Shown: positions 11,185 through 23,800 of the stretch, one piece after another | Position numbering within the stretch: position 1 is the first letter of the stretch | How the letters are laid out: each line of letters opens with the position of its first letter | Origin: Bilabrum cf. latius | Taxonomy: Eukaryota | Length of the DNA: 64,000 nucleotides | NCBI GenBank assembly: GCA_965178125.1 | Contig: OZ237745.1 | Span: 868,001 to 932,000, forward strand | Reading direction: 5' to 3' | Position numbers and translations under genes: made by a program | The notes under the pieces: generated by a model | Seen by the model: the letters and a program-made list of their open reading frames with translations, nothing else | Database searches by the model: none | What the model was told of the DNA's origin: nothing

Positions 11185-14100
11185 TTACCCACCGCCCGCG
11201 GTGAGTTTGGTGATGCGTTCCTGTCCCGCGGCCCTCGCCGGCGCGCAGGACGCGAGGAGCCCGCAGACAAAGGACACGATCACCACCGCCGCTACGATGC
11301 TCCAGGGAAACACCAGGGCGAGCGGAAGCCCCGTGAACAAGGACCTTTGCTGCGCGAACGCCCACGCCGACGCCGTCCCGACGCCCGTGCCAAGCAGCGC
11401 GGCCGCCGCCACGAGGAGCGAAGCCTCGTGCGCGTACACCCGGGCCAGCCTCGACGGAGACAGTCCCACGGCGCGGAGCACCCCGATCTCCCTCTGCTGC
11501 TCCCTGATGTTGGTCGCAACGCTCGCGAGCAGGCTGAAGAAGCACAGGAACATGACCACCACGGCCAGCGCCGCGAAGAGGAAGTTGATGGCCGCCAGCA
11601 CCGCCGACAGGTCCCCCAGGTCCGACGACACGGACCGCGCGCCCCAGGCAGCCGCCCGATCGTCGGAGACCAGGAGCACGTCTTGCGCCGTCGTCGTGCC
11701 CCGCGACGCCGCGAAGGACCCCGCCTGCGCGTCGGCGAGGTACGCGCTCCTCAGCGCCCCCCTCGCCTCCGAGGCCTCCTCCTCCCCCCCTTCCGCCGCT
11801 GCCGCCGCCCACCCCTTGTGAGGGCCCTCTAGGAGGGCGCCGCCCGCGCCGAGGAAGGAGGCGGACACGGCGGCCGCGAGCGTTTGCGCCGCCTCCACCG
11901 CTTTCTCGGCGTCCCCCGCCGCGGCCCTGCCCGCCGCGGACTCTGGCGCCGCGCCCCCCGGCACGGCCCACAGGCCCCGCCACAGGGGCAGGCAGCTCGT
12001 GGCCACGTGCCTCCCGCGCGCCGCGGCGAGGTCCAGGAAGGCCGGGAAGGAGGCGAGGGCGGACGTCTCCTCCTCGCCCGTCCGCGAGAAGGAGAACAAC
12101 GCGGAGGAGCGGAGCAGGGAAGCGGACCGGATCCTGCTGGCCCACAGCGAAGCCTGCACCGCGACGGCCTCGGCCTCGCCGCCGCCCGGCTGCTCCCCTG
12201 CCCCTCCCGGCAGCGGCCCCGCGTCTACGGTTGCCGCCTCCTCCTCCTCCTCCTCCTGCTCCTGCTGCTGCTACTCCTCGTCTTGCCGCTGCCGAGTACC
12301 GATGGCTGCTACGTAGTCCTACCCCCGCGGCGCCCGGCCGGCCGGGCCCAGGGCCAGTGACCTGGCCGCGTACACCGACCGGGCCCGGGCCCAGGCCCTC
12401 GCTCCCTCCTCCTCCTCCACCTCCTCCTCTCCGTCCTCACCGGGTGCTGCTGCTGATGACGACGACGACGACGACGACCGTGACGGCGGTGACAGCGGTG
12501 ACAGCGGTGAAGCGTCGGGCTGCTGCCAGACCTCTTCGCCCCCCTCGATCGACCCCCGCGACGTCCTGGCGCCGCCACGACGATCCGAGGGCACCTCCTC
12601 TGTCGTGGTCACCAGGGCCCTGTCGCCCCTCCGCCAGCCGGGCAGCTGCAGCCGCAGCGACGCGGACATGACCGCCCTCTGTCCCCCCCTCGCGCCGTAG
12701 AGTGCCCGCGTGAGCCCCAGCCCGTCGCGCCTGTCCTCTCCCCCGCTCCACTCGCTCCTGCTGGCAGAGGCGTACCGCAGGTAGGCCTCGTCCAGGGACG
12801 ACTCCACGCCCGGCGACACGGCAAAGGGGCGGATGGGCGCGGTCCCCAGCCGAGACACGCTCCGCAGAAGCACCGCGGGCATGAGGTAGTCCTGATCCGC
12901 TCGGAGCAGGGAGGACGACGAGCCGCCTCCCACGAAGCCGCCGAAGCCGCCTCCGCCGCCGCCGGACGAGGACGCGGACGAGGAGCTCGCGCCGTCCTCC
13001 ACCGCCGCACCACCGTCCGCTCCACTTCCGCTGCTCCTCGCGATCGCCCTGGATTCGAACCGAGAGCTCACCGCCGCCCAGCCAGCGCTCCCGAGCCCGC
13101 GGCGCGAATTGCCCAGCCCGCTCCGGCTCACCCACCGCACGGGCCCGGCCAGCCCGCCCACGCCGGCCCACGCGTCTGCCAGGCCGCGGTCCGCGCCGGG
13201 CGGAAGCACCGTCGCGTCCGCCTGCCCCGCCTGCAGCGCGACGGCGTGCTCGAGCGAGCGCACGACGCCCTGCGACCACTCCCTGTGGTCCGACAGGGGC
13301 TCGGAGGGGTCGGGCTGCGCCGCCAGCGCGCCGTCGGCCACGCGCGCCCACGCCGCGCCGTGCCCGGCAGAGGCCGCGGCGAGCGCGGTCTCCGCCACGA
13401 GCATGGCTTCCTGCGAGGCGGGGGCGGGGGGCGCCTGCAGCACCACCGGGCTGCCGAGCGCCTGCCTCGCCGTAAACTCGGCGGTCTGCACCTCCTGCGA
13501 CGCCGCCACGAAGACAAACACGATGAAGGCGATGGACAGCGCGTACATTGCCAGCGTCTTCTGGTTCCTCGTCCTGTGCGCCGCCAGGTTTGCCAGCGCC
13601 AGGTTCACCACCGCCTCTGCTTCCCACCACGACAGCAGCAGCGCCGAGACGACCTGCTCCACGATCGCCTCGAGGTTCATGGCGAGCGCCACCAGGCCGG
13701 CCATGAGGCCCAGGAGCACGGCCAAAAAGAGGTTGAAGAAGAGCCTCAGGTTGAGCGAGAGCAGGGAGAGGGGCAGCACGTAGTAGATCCCGAAGCCGAA
13801 CCCCACCGCCACGATGCCGGCGATGAGCGCCGCGACGGGCGGGGCCGATCCCGCCGACCGCTCCACGGTCACCTCCACCACCTTTTGCGCACCGCTGGGG
13901 CGCGACGCGTCCGCGGCCTCCCGCAGCGAGTCCTCCGTGAGCGCCTGCCGAATGGGCACGACGGCGGCGAGGGCGGGGATGGCGAGGGCCAGCACGGTGG
14001 CGGTGGCGACGGCCTCGCCGCTGAGCCGGCGGAGCGCGCTCCCGCCCGCGCCCGCGCCCAGCCCGGCCAGGTCGGCAAAGTTGCCCAGCACGGCGGCAGC

Positions 14101-16152
14101 CACGAGCTGCGCCGCGACGAGGCCCGCGACCCACGCGGGGACAGAGTACGCGGCGGCCTGCAGCCCCAGCAGCCCCACGATGGACGGTCTCGTCTGGCCC
14201 AGCATCCGCCTGACGCCCACCTCGAACCGCCTGCCGCTCGTGTTGATCAGCAGCAGCGAGTAGATGAGCACGGTGGCCAGCGCGAACAGCACGGCGAGCA
14301 GCACGTCGAGCACGAGGCCGAGGTACAGCGTCACGAACTGCCCCTCCCGAAGCGCGTCCAGCACGCCCAGGCTCGACGAAAGCTGGGAGAAGCCGGCGGC
14401 GTACAGCGCGTCCGCGGCAAAGTCGCCGACGCGCGCCTGCACCTCGTCAAAGTTGGGCGACGCGTACGCGTCCACGCGCTCGTCCGGGGCCATGGCGAGG
14501 TGAACCGCGCTGACGAACCATTCCGACCGCAGGGCCGCCACGTCCGGCCCCGCGGCGCGGGGCAGCGCCACGCCGGCGCTGCGGCCGTCGGGCGCGGCGA
14601 TGGAGGCGCAGGCGATCGCCGGCACCCCGCCGCCGCCGCAGCTGCTGTTGGAGCCGTCCGTTCCGCCGGCCGAGCCGTCGATGATGTCAGCGGCGCCTGC
14701 CCCGGCCCACCGCACGGCGGGGTGCAGCCCCTCTTGCACCGCCCACCGGGCCGTCCCGGCGAGGGGGGCGAGGGCCGTGCCGGTCGCGGCGGCGTTGGAC
14801 ACCTTGCCGCCCGCTCCCGCCGCAAAGGTGCGCGCCAGCCGCACGCGGCCGACCACCACGCCGAAGCGCTGGTCGGTCAGGCTCCAGCCGTCGCAGCGGG
14901 AGGAGGACGCGTTCGCGTGCTTCAGGGCCAGGGCCACGTCGTTGTCGGTGCTCGCTTCCCCCCTCGCGCCCGGCACGCCGCCCCCACTGCCGGCGGCGGG
15001 GGGAAGCAGCCGCTGCGCGGGACACGGGTCCGGAGGCGCCACAATGTGCCTCGACAGCTTGCCGACCCGGAACGCGACCGTGAGGTAGCTCCCGACGCCG
15101 ACGCCGAGGTCGGCCGCCACGTCGGCGTGCAGTGCCACCTCCCCCGGCTCCATCTCGCGGCCCACCGCCCCCGCCCCCTGCTCCCTCCAGTTCCTCCCGA
15201 GGCCCATCCTGCCCTCCTTGGCCTCGTCTATCAGAGCAAGGCTCAGGCTGCGGGAGCCGGCCCCGCCCCGCCCCCGCGGGAGCGTTGTGGCCGCCGAGGT
15301 TCCGCAAAGAGCGCGCAGCGCCGCTTCGGGCGAGGCCGCGCCCCTCGTGTCCGTCCCGAAGGGCCCCGAGGGGCCCAGGCCGGGCTCCAGGCCCTCTTCG
15401 CTCGCTACATCCGATCCCGATCCGGATCCTGTTCCCTGGGCGGGGTCCCCCGCGCCACCAGCCGACACACCGCCCTGAGCCCTGGGCTGGTACATGCTCT
15501 GGTTGTCGAGGCGGCTGTACAGGCCCACCCCGAGCGGGCTCGCAAGGGCCAGCTCTCCGGCGATGGGGCACCCCTCGTCTCCCACAAACAAGGCCTCACC
15601 GAACACCCGGGGCGCGGAGTAGGAGAGCCTCCCGCCGTCAGCGGCGGCAGACAGGCGCTCGTCCAGCAGCGTGTAGTTGAACGCCTGCACGCCAGGGGTG
15701 CTCGGCGTGAGGATGACATCCTGCTAGCCCTCTGCGTTCTCCGCCAACCGCAAAAAGATGAGCGGTGCCCGCGCAAGCAGCGTCTGCAGGACGGCCGCGA
15801 CGAGCACCACGAGAAAAACCGTGCAGGCACCCAAGCAGGTCATCAGCGGCGCAGCGCGAACCTCTCTCCACGTTTGCTCGACGGCCTCGCACGCGACCAG
15901 CCCGGAGCAGCCGCACCAAGCGCCCCAGCGATAGCAGCTTCCACGATCGGGTGTCCTTCCGTCGCTGCCGGTCGTGCCCGCAGGAGCGGTCGATCCTCCG
16001 CTCACGCACCCCGGACAAGCACCGCTGGAAGCCGGGGCATCTGCGGCGGTCAAATCGTTCATTTCGGACCGGGTCATTCTCGCCGGGCCGACCTCGTGGG
16101 CTTCCTTTGGCTGCCACGGCCCGCGGCTTGCGCCCGCATCCGGATCCACCAT
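11185..16152 (-). CDS. FtsX/MacB-like (ABC3) permease-family membrane protein, ~1655 aa
   Basis: ORFs 15724..16152, 12319..15690 and 11185..12159 share a frame and are joined only by TAG (15724, 12319, 12271). Two FtsX-type motifs (LIYSLLLINTSGRRFEVGVRRMLG; FFSLLASVATNIREQQREIGVLRAVGL) and many TM helices. Ends TAA TGA. Confidence 0.85.
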
Positions 16153-16387
16153 CGCTCACGATGAGACGGATTGCCGAACAAGCAGAGAAAAATCTCCGAG
16201 CAAATGCAAAGAATACGATCGAAACAGCAGCCTACGCACCTCGCAATGCGTGCCAGGCAGTGCCAGAGCAACGTCGGAAAAATCCAAAAGAGCAAAACAC
16301 GGTTGCAACCGCATTGAATTATGTGTGTGATGAGTGGAGATGTGTCCGTTCTGGCGCCATCCAGATTGCCGCCAATCGGACGCAGGT

Positions 16388-17122
16388 ATGGCTGATAATT
16401 ACAAGCGAACTGGAATTCTGATTGGAAACTACGCGGAGGATGTGCTCGCGTACGACATGGTGACTCAGGGAAGGAAAACATCCGCAAAGTTCGCTGCGAC
16501 TAGCGAAGCTCAGTCTAGGTTTCCAAACCCGAAAGCCAGCGCAAAGGGTGGGACCGATGCGCTACGGAGGGACTTTGAGGACACAAGATATCGCGCCAGC
16601 ATGATGAGCTAGGGCGGTATGCCCTCCCACTTGCTGTTCAACCACGGGCCCAAGGGCTCCGAGGACCCCGAACACGATGATCCGACGCGGTTCTGCACCA
16701 TGAGTAGCATGGCGTTCGACCCGAGCAAGGCTGCAACCACAACAGAAGTCATTGCAGACCACCCCCCGCGAGCAGTAGCAGCAACCATGGAAGCGACGGT
16801 GCGGCGTGCCAAGGTAGCCGACCGGCACAAGAGCCTTGCAACGGGGCTGGACCCCAGGGATCCGAGAGGCAAGTCAGCGACCGCCTCGGCAGCCCCATTG
16901 GATGCCACACGAGGCCAGTTTGATACGTCCTCCCGGATGCAGCAGCGAGTGATCGAGACTAGGATGAAGATCCGGCAGAAGGCCGACGCGGAGCTCCGTG
17001 CCACGGGGCGGGGCACGTCGACGAGGGAAGCGGCCGCCGCGAGAGCGAGGGCAAAGGCAGAGGGCACCGCTTCGTTTGCTGCATCCTTCGGGCACGGGTC
17101 GATCCCGGGACTGCGGGGATGA
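16388..17122 (+). CDS. Ciliary microtubule inner protein-like (CFAP107/C1orf158-like), ~244 aa
   Basis: ATG 16388; N-terminal YKRTGILIGNYAED and downstream GMPSHLLFNHG resemble CFAP107-family motifs. One in-frame TAG (16610-16612); ends TGA. Confidence 0.55.
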
Positions 17123-17257
17123 CTCGGCGCTGCGGCTGGGGGCAGAGCGAGGGCCAGCCACGATCAAGGATTGCGTTCTCCATAGGTTGCATTGAATCGA
17201 ATCGCACTGACAGGATTCGGAAGAAATCGCAACTTGAAGAACCGAATCATTCGCCAA

Positions 17258-20200
17258 TCAGAACTGCAGCCCAGCGCCGGCGCGCCCAGTGGCCGCCACA
17301 GCGTCCTCCGCCCCTTCACCCAGCCCGTCGTCGTCCTCCTCCTCCTCCCCCTCCGCTGCTGCTGCGGCGGCGCCGCCAGTGGCCACCGCACCGCTCACGA
17401 GGGAGGGATCCATGCCAGGGAACGACCTGGCCCTGCTGCGGCCGATGGGCTCGGGCTCGGGCCGCCTGCACGGCTCGATGCCCCAGATCTCCTTGGCGTA
17501 CTGCCCGATGGTCCGATCCGTCGAGAACGTGCCCATCCCCGCGGTGATGAGGATGCTCTGCCTGGTCCACGCCTCCTGGTCCCGATACAGCTCGTCCGCC
17601 CGCCGCTGGGCGTCGAGGTAGCCTTGGAAGTCGTGCCTGACAAGGTAGTAGTCGTTCTCGGGCCGCAGCACGTGCAGGATGGGGTCCACGTCGTGACCCG
17701 GGCCGAACTCGCCGGCACGGACCTTCTCAAGCACGACCTTGAGCTCCTCGCCGCCGTCCGACAGCTCCAGGGCCTTGCCGTCCCCTGCCCCCGCGCCTCC
17801 GGCGGCAGCCCCGGATCCGGCGCTGGGCGAGCCCTCTTGTTCTTCCGCCTTGGCCTCCTCCATTACGTCGGCGATCTTGCGGGCGGCCTTCCTGCCGTGT
17901 TCCCTGAGCTCGTCCACGTCATGAGACAGAGCCCCGAAGAGGAAGAGGTTCTCCACACCCACCTCCTCCGCGATCTCGACGTTGGCGCCGTCGTTGGTGC
18001 CGATCAGGAGCCCGCCGTTCATACAGAACTTCATGCAGGACGTGCCCGAGGCCTCCATCCCGGCGCAGCTGACGTGCTGGTGCATCTCGGCCGCGGGGAC
18101 CAATCTCTCGGCCCAGGTCACGTTGTAGTTGGGAATGAAGACCACCCGTAGGTAGTCCCGCACGTCTGGGTCGTTGTTGACCTTTTCGGCCACGCGGTTG
18201 ATCAGCAGGATGATTCTCTTGGCCATCACGTACGCGGGCGCGGCCTTGCCGGCGAAGAACTCCACGCGGGGCACGACGTTCGCCTTTCGCTCCTCTGGCG
18301 TCATCCCCTTGATCGCGTAGTACCTGTGGATGCAGTGCAGCGCGCTCATGAGCTGCCTCTTGTACTCGTGAATGCGCTTGGCGAACACGGTGTACATGAA
18401 ACCCTTCGTTGGCACCTCGACCTTTACCTCCTTCTTCACAAAGGCGGCGAGCCTCTCCTTGTTCTCCTGCTTGATCTGCATCCACGGACGGATCAGGTCG
18501 ATGTCGTCGGCGTGCGCGCGCAGGCCCTGCAGCTCGTCCAGCTCCTTGAGCCAGGTGCTAGAGCCGAGGGTGCTGCTGATCAGGGCAGAGAGGCCGGGGT
18601 TGCACTGGTTCATCCACCGGCGGGGGGTCACCCCGTTGGTCTTGTTCTGAATGAGGTCGGGGAACATCGCCTCGAAGTCGGGGAACACCTGCGTGCGCAG
18701 GAGGTGCGTGTGAAGGGCGGCGACGCCGTTCACTGCGTGGGAGGACACGATGGCGAGGTTTGCCATCCTGACCTGCTTTCCGTGGTCCTCCTCGATGATC
18801 GACATGGACCGGAGCTTGCCCGTGTCTCCGGGGAACACCTCCTTGACCCGCTCGAGGAACAGGTGGTTGATGTAGTAGATGATCTCCAGGTGGCGGGGCA
18901 GCATGCTTCCAAGCACCGACACGGGCCACTTCTCCAGGGCCTCTGGCAGCACCGTGTGGTTCGTGTAGCTGAACGTGCCGCGGCTGATGGACCACGCCGT
19001 GGCCCAGTCGAGACCCTCCTCGTCCACCAGCACGCGCATGAGCTCCGGCACGGCCAGCGCAGGGTGCGTGTCGTTCAGCTAAATGGCGTTCTTGGACGAG
19101 AACTCGGACCAGTCCCATCCCTCCCTCTTCTTGAAGCGCCGCACAATGTCCTGCAGGGTGGCGCACACGAAAAAGTACTGCTGCCTCAGCCGCAGCTCCT
19201 TGCCTTGCATCGTGTGGTCGGCGGGGTACAGCACGTTGGTGATGTTCTCGGCGCGCTGCCTCTCGGACACTGCCTTCATGTAATCGCCCTCGCTGAACTC
19301 GCCCAGGTCGAATTCCTTGGCGGGGGCCGCTTTCCACAGGCGCAGGTTGATGGTGTTGTACGAGTCGAACGCTGGGATGGGGTTGTCGTACGCCATGGCC
19401 ATGCAGACGTCTCCGCCCTCCCATCTGCGCCTCTTGTTGCCCTTCTCATCCTCGTACTCGGACACGCTGCCGAAGAAGCGGACGGGGTACACCACGTCGG
19501 TCCTCTGCACCTCCCAGGGGCTCCCGAGCGTCAGCCAGTAGTCGGGCATCTCCACCTGGTGTCCCTCCTTGATCTTCTGCTTAAAGATGCCGTACTGGTA
19601 CCGGAGTCCGTACCCCCAGGCGGGCAGGTCCAGGGTGGCCATGGAGTCCAGGAAGCAGGACGCAAGGCGCCCGAGGCCTCCGTTGCCGAGGGCAGCGTCC
19701 TGCTCCGTCTCGTACATCTTGCCGAGCTCGAAGCCCAGCTCCTGGAGGGCCTCGTCGTAGGGCTCCTCCAGGTCCATGTTGAGCAGGGCGTTTTGCATCG
19801 CGCGACCCATCAGAAACCTGGGGCAAGGAACAAAAGAAAGCGGGGCAGGCGGGGAGCATGAGATCCTCGAAAGTGTGCCGCAAGCTGGACATGAGGCGGG
19901 GTTCCTCCGAATCCTCACTCGATGCTCAGGTAGTACGCGCGCTTGCAGTCTGCCTCATCGAAATGCTGGCAGGTATCGTTGAAACTCTCAATGAGGCGAT
20001 CGCGGATGCTCAGTGCAGTGGCGCGGTATGCCTGCGTTTCGGGACCGATGGGGTTGCAAATGCAAGTCTGGATGAATCACGCGCGTCCTGCTCTGGATTT
20101 CGTTGGCATGGGCGAGCGGCTCACCTTGTCTTTATCCATGTTCATACGAGATCCTGCCAGGCTGTACTCCACATGGTTGGCGATCGATTTTTGGATGCTT

Positions 20201-20679
20201 GCCTTGTCTGCGTGCAGTACGTGGATACTGATCGCAAGGCACTCAAAAGCTGCGCGATGCGTCCCCGTAATGTGTGCGGCATCGGCATCTACTCCGTGTT
20301 ATTATTTCAAGTTTCTACTACCATTTCCCCCAAAGCCACGACATGAAATGTGATCGCCGTGAGGCTGAGTGACTAGCTCGCGACAGATCTCTCTCACCCG
20401 CGGTCAGGTAGCTTGACATCAAAGAAAAGAGCTTTTGGTGCCTCTTCCGGTCCGATGCATCTCCCCCTTCCTTTGGCATAGCAGTGCGTAGCAGTGGAAA
20501 CGCTGCGAGTCAACAATCATGGGCATTCTCAAATGTTCGAGCAATGCAACTGAGATCTTTCGAGGCAAGTGCAACCATTCATCGGTAGTCTCACCGTCTG
20601 TGATGCTGCTGAACGAAGCACGGCGATCTCCCAATCCCCCTCCCTTGACCGTGTCATGTACCAAATCAGCGGCAGCCAT
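17258..20679 (-). CDS. PYG: Glycogen/alpha-glucan phosphorylase (GT35), 981 aa, 5 exons
   Basis: Exons 20679-20595, 20502-20398, 20207-20125, 20031-19919, 19817-17258 with GT-AG introns; the spliced length is divisible by 3. Motifs YYLSIEFLMGR, DAALGNGGLGRLASCFLDS, I*LNDTHP (TAG 19079-19081), TNHTVLPEALE, KTNGVTPRRW, KRIHEYKRQ, PLP site EASGTSCMKF. Ends TGA. Confidence 0.97.
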
Positions 20680-20858
20680 GTTGCTGCCAGGATGCACAAA
20701 GTGCGACTGCGCCGAGATTGCGCGGCGATTGGGTCGCGGAACCACCGAATGTTGCACCGGCGCCGCGCAATTTGCAGCAGCTGATGCTTATTATTGGTTT
20801 GGATAGAGTCTGCTGCTGCTACGTTCTGTTCATCTCAATTTCCCCTCAGTTCTGATAA

Positions 20859-23800
20859 TCACTGCCTGGAATGGCTGGTGATGGTGTCAGCTGCCTCGAT
20901 CGCAAGCGCCTCGGCGAGCGTACCGGCGACGTCCCGCCGCCTCTTATCCGAGCGTCGCCCCCTCTTCTTTGGCACCTTTTCCTTTTTCTATCCCTGTTTA
21001 CCGCCGTTTTGAGCACCTCCAGCCTTCGCCCCGGTCCCTGCCCTCAACTTCTTCTTCTTCAGGGCGGGCTCTTCCTCCTCCTGCACCACCTTCTCCTCCG
21101 CCTCCTCCTCCTCCACTCTCGGTGCTGACCCCCGGAAGAGCTCGTCAAGCGGGTCGGTGCCTAGGTACTCAACCACGCCCATGCCCAGTGGCCTCTTTGC
21201 CTGCTTCTGGAGGGAGGCACCGCCTTCCTCCTCACTTTCAGTACCGCTAGCACTGGCACTGGCACTGCCGCTGCCGCTGCCATAATCGCTATCGGTTGAG
21301 TCCAGGCCAGAGAGGCCGGCAAGAATCGCATCCACGGCGTCTACAGGATCCGCGTCTGGCATCGGTGCAGACCCGGACTAGACACTCGCAACGGAACCTG
21401 AAGACACTTGAAAATCAGGTGAAGGGGCCAGCAGGGCTCCCAGAAGGGAATCAGCGTCATCGGATGCCACTTGGTGCAAGGAGCCGGCGCCACCGTTCCC
21501 TGCAGCAGCGCCGCTTCCTCTAGCGCTAGGCTGTTTCTAGTTGTCGACCTTTGCAGTTGCATCGTTTGCATCCTTCTCCTTCTTGGACTTGACATCATTC
21601 CGCCTTCTGTCTCGGCCCGTCTGACGAGAAACCTTGCCGGCGTCCTCGTGCCACGATTCGAAACCAGTGCCGCCACCTCCGTCCTTCTTGTTGCCGCCTG
21701 CAGCCTTTTCACTGGCGGCTTTCTTGCCGGGAGCTGGACTGTCCGCCTTGCTAGGCTTTTCTGGAGTCGTTTTCCCTGTCGCCTTTGCCTTTGCCTGAGC
21801 GGCCTTGGCAGCCATTGCGTTCTTTGGGAACGCTAGGACCCCCGCTTTCATCGCTAGGTGTCGGTTGAGCTTGAAGCTCCTGTCCGGCGCGATGTCGACC
21901 ACCATGGTGATGATCTCCGTGCCAACCTCCGGATTGTACAGGCCAGAGTTCCTCAGCGCCAGGTATCCGGTGGGCAGGTTGTTGCTGGGCCAGTCCTCGA
22001 AGGAACCGGCCCTGGGGCTGGACTCGCTGTCCGCCTCCTTGCTCACCGCACCGGTGACCTTGACAAAGACGCCAAACTCCTGCAGGCTGGTGATCCTGCC
22101 GCGGACGAGCGAACCCGGGACGCACTCGAACTGCGTCTTGGCGAGCGGCTTCTCCTCGTCATCTGACCCAGTGCCGCCCGCCCCCTGCTCTTGCGCCTGC
22201 GCCTGCGCCTCGGCCACCTTCCACGCGTTCATGGTAGGGTCATTCCTGGGATCCACCCCTAGGTCTGGTATGAGCTCGCGAATGCTTGGGGCCGGTGACC
22301 TTCCCCCCGTCGACCCGTCACTGGCTTGGGTCTTGCTCGCCGTCAAGGCTTCCTGCTTCTGCTTGGCAGGCTCTGAAAGAAACGGTATGCCAGTTGGAAG
22401 GCTGCTCGCATCGGGTGCGCTTGGCGGAACGTACGGCCCAGGCGATCCGCTCGAGTCGACGACTGCCCCCTGGGTGCCAGTGGCGCTGGCAGTGGCGCTG
22501 CTGCTGGCCTGCTGGGTGCCGGCCGCTCTAGCATGCTGGAACGGCACATCGGGCGAACCAACGATACCAAGTGCTCCTACGTGATCAGGGGAAGGCAATA
22601 GAACCAGCTCTTCCACGAGACGCTTCGCGAGATCGAGCCCAAGCTAGTCGCGAGAGAAAATCTGCAAGTAGTCGGTATCTCCGTAGAAGCTGAGCTAGCT
22701 GTTTGTCTCCCTCTCAATCCTGCGCAGGTTCCGTGCTCCAGGCCCGACCACCTGCCCTCGCTTCGACTGCGGCACCATGAGCAGATCGATCCTCGGCGCC
22801 GTGTCCCGGAGCCCCTCCTTGGGCGCCTGGATCGTCTGCTTCATGCGGTCCAGGAGCTCTTTCCTGGCGGCCCGCGCCCGCCACACGCCCGATTCGAGGA
22901 TCTCCAACGGGATTCCAGGCAGCTTCAAGTCGAGCTGCACGGCAGTCACCCCGTGGATCGTACCCGCTATCTTGAAGTCCATGTCGCCGCAGTGGTCCTC
23001 CAAGCCCAAGATGTCCGTAAGCAGCAAGGCTTTCTTGCCGCTTGGCACGGGCCTCAGGTCGTCTGACTCAGCTGCAGACCGGTCCGAATCACCAGCAGCT
23101 TCCGTCGGTTCGCTTGCGTTCCGGGCTCGATACGAGCCGTCGGAGCCCCAAGCACCCTGCTCCAGCTTGCCCAGCTCTGGCGTGCTCACCATCCCGATGC
23201 TGATGCCAGCCACGTGCTCCTTGAGAGGCACCCCTGCATCCATCAGGGCCACCGACGCCCCGCACACAGTGGCCATGGAGCTGGATCCATCCGATCCAGA
23301 GATCTCTGAGGTGACTCTGACAGTGTATGGGAATTCCTCGGGGCGCGGCATCACCGGAGCAACGGCCTTCTGCGCGAGCGCGCCATGCCCAACCATCCGT
23401 CTGTTGATGCCTCCCACTCGGCCCACTTCATTCACGCTGTACGGAGGAAACTCGTAGTGAAGCATGAAGGCTTTGGCACTGGGCTCCACGGGAGCCAACG
23501 GGTTGCGCCTCGCGTTGCTCAGCTGCCACATGGACAGGGGACCCAGGGTGGTGGTGCACAGCGCCTGGGTGGCACCCCGCGCAAATAGAGAGGACCCGTG
23601 CACGACGGGAATGACTTCGTTTTCGCACTGCAGCTGCCTGATATGCATGGAGCTTCGCCCGTCCGGTCTCCCAGACGTCGCTTTGCCAAGGTCATACCCG
23701 GCTTGCCGCGCCTCAAGGTTCGAGTCAATGGACACTGGAACGACAGGAGGCTTGGGCTCGCTGAGCAGATCAGAGAGCTCTGGCAAGCCTCCTTGCGAGT

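Noticed and set aside
19079-19081. Pyrrolysine or programmed readthrough at UAG
   Set aside because: Up to 22 TAG per gene in arbitrary contexts and at Gln-conserved sites; no pyl machinery is visible in the window.
13246-19861. Long antisense ORFs (13246..16164 +, 18326..19861 +)
   Set aside because: Shadow ORFs opposite GC3-rich genes, with Arg/His/Gly-rich translations and no motifs.
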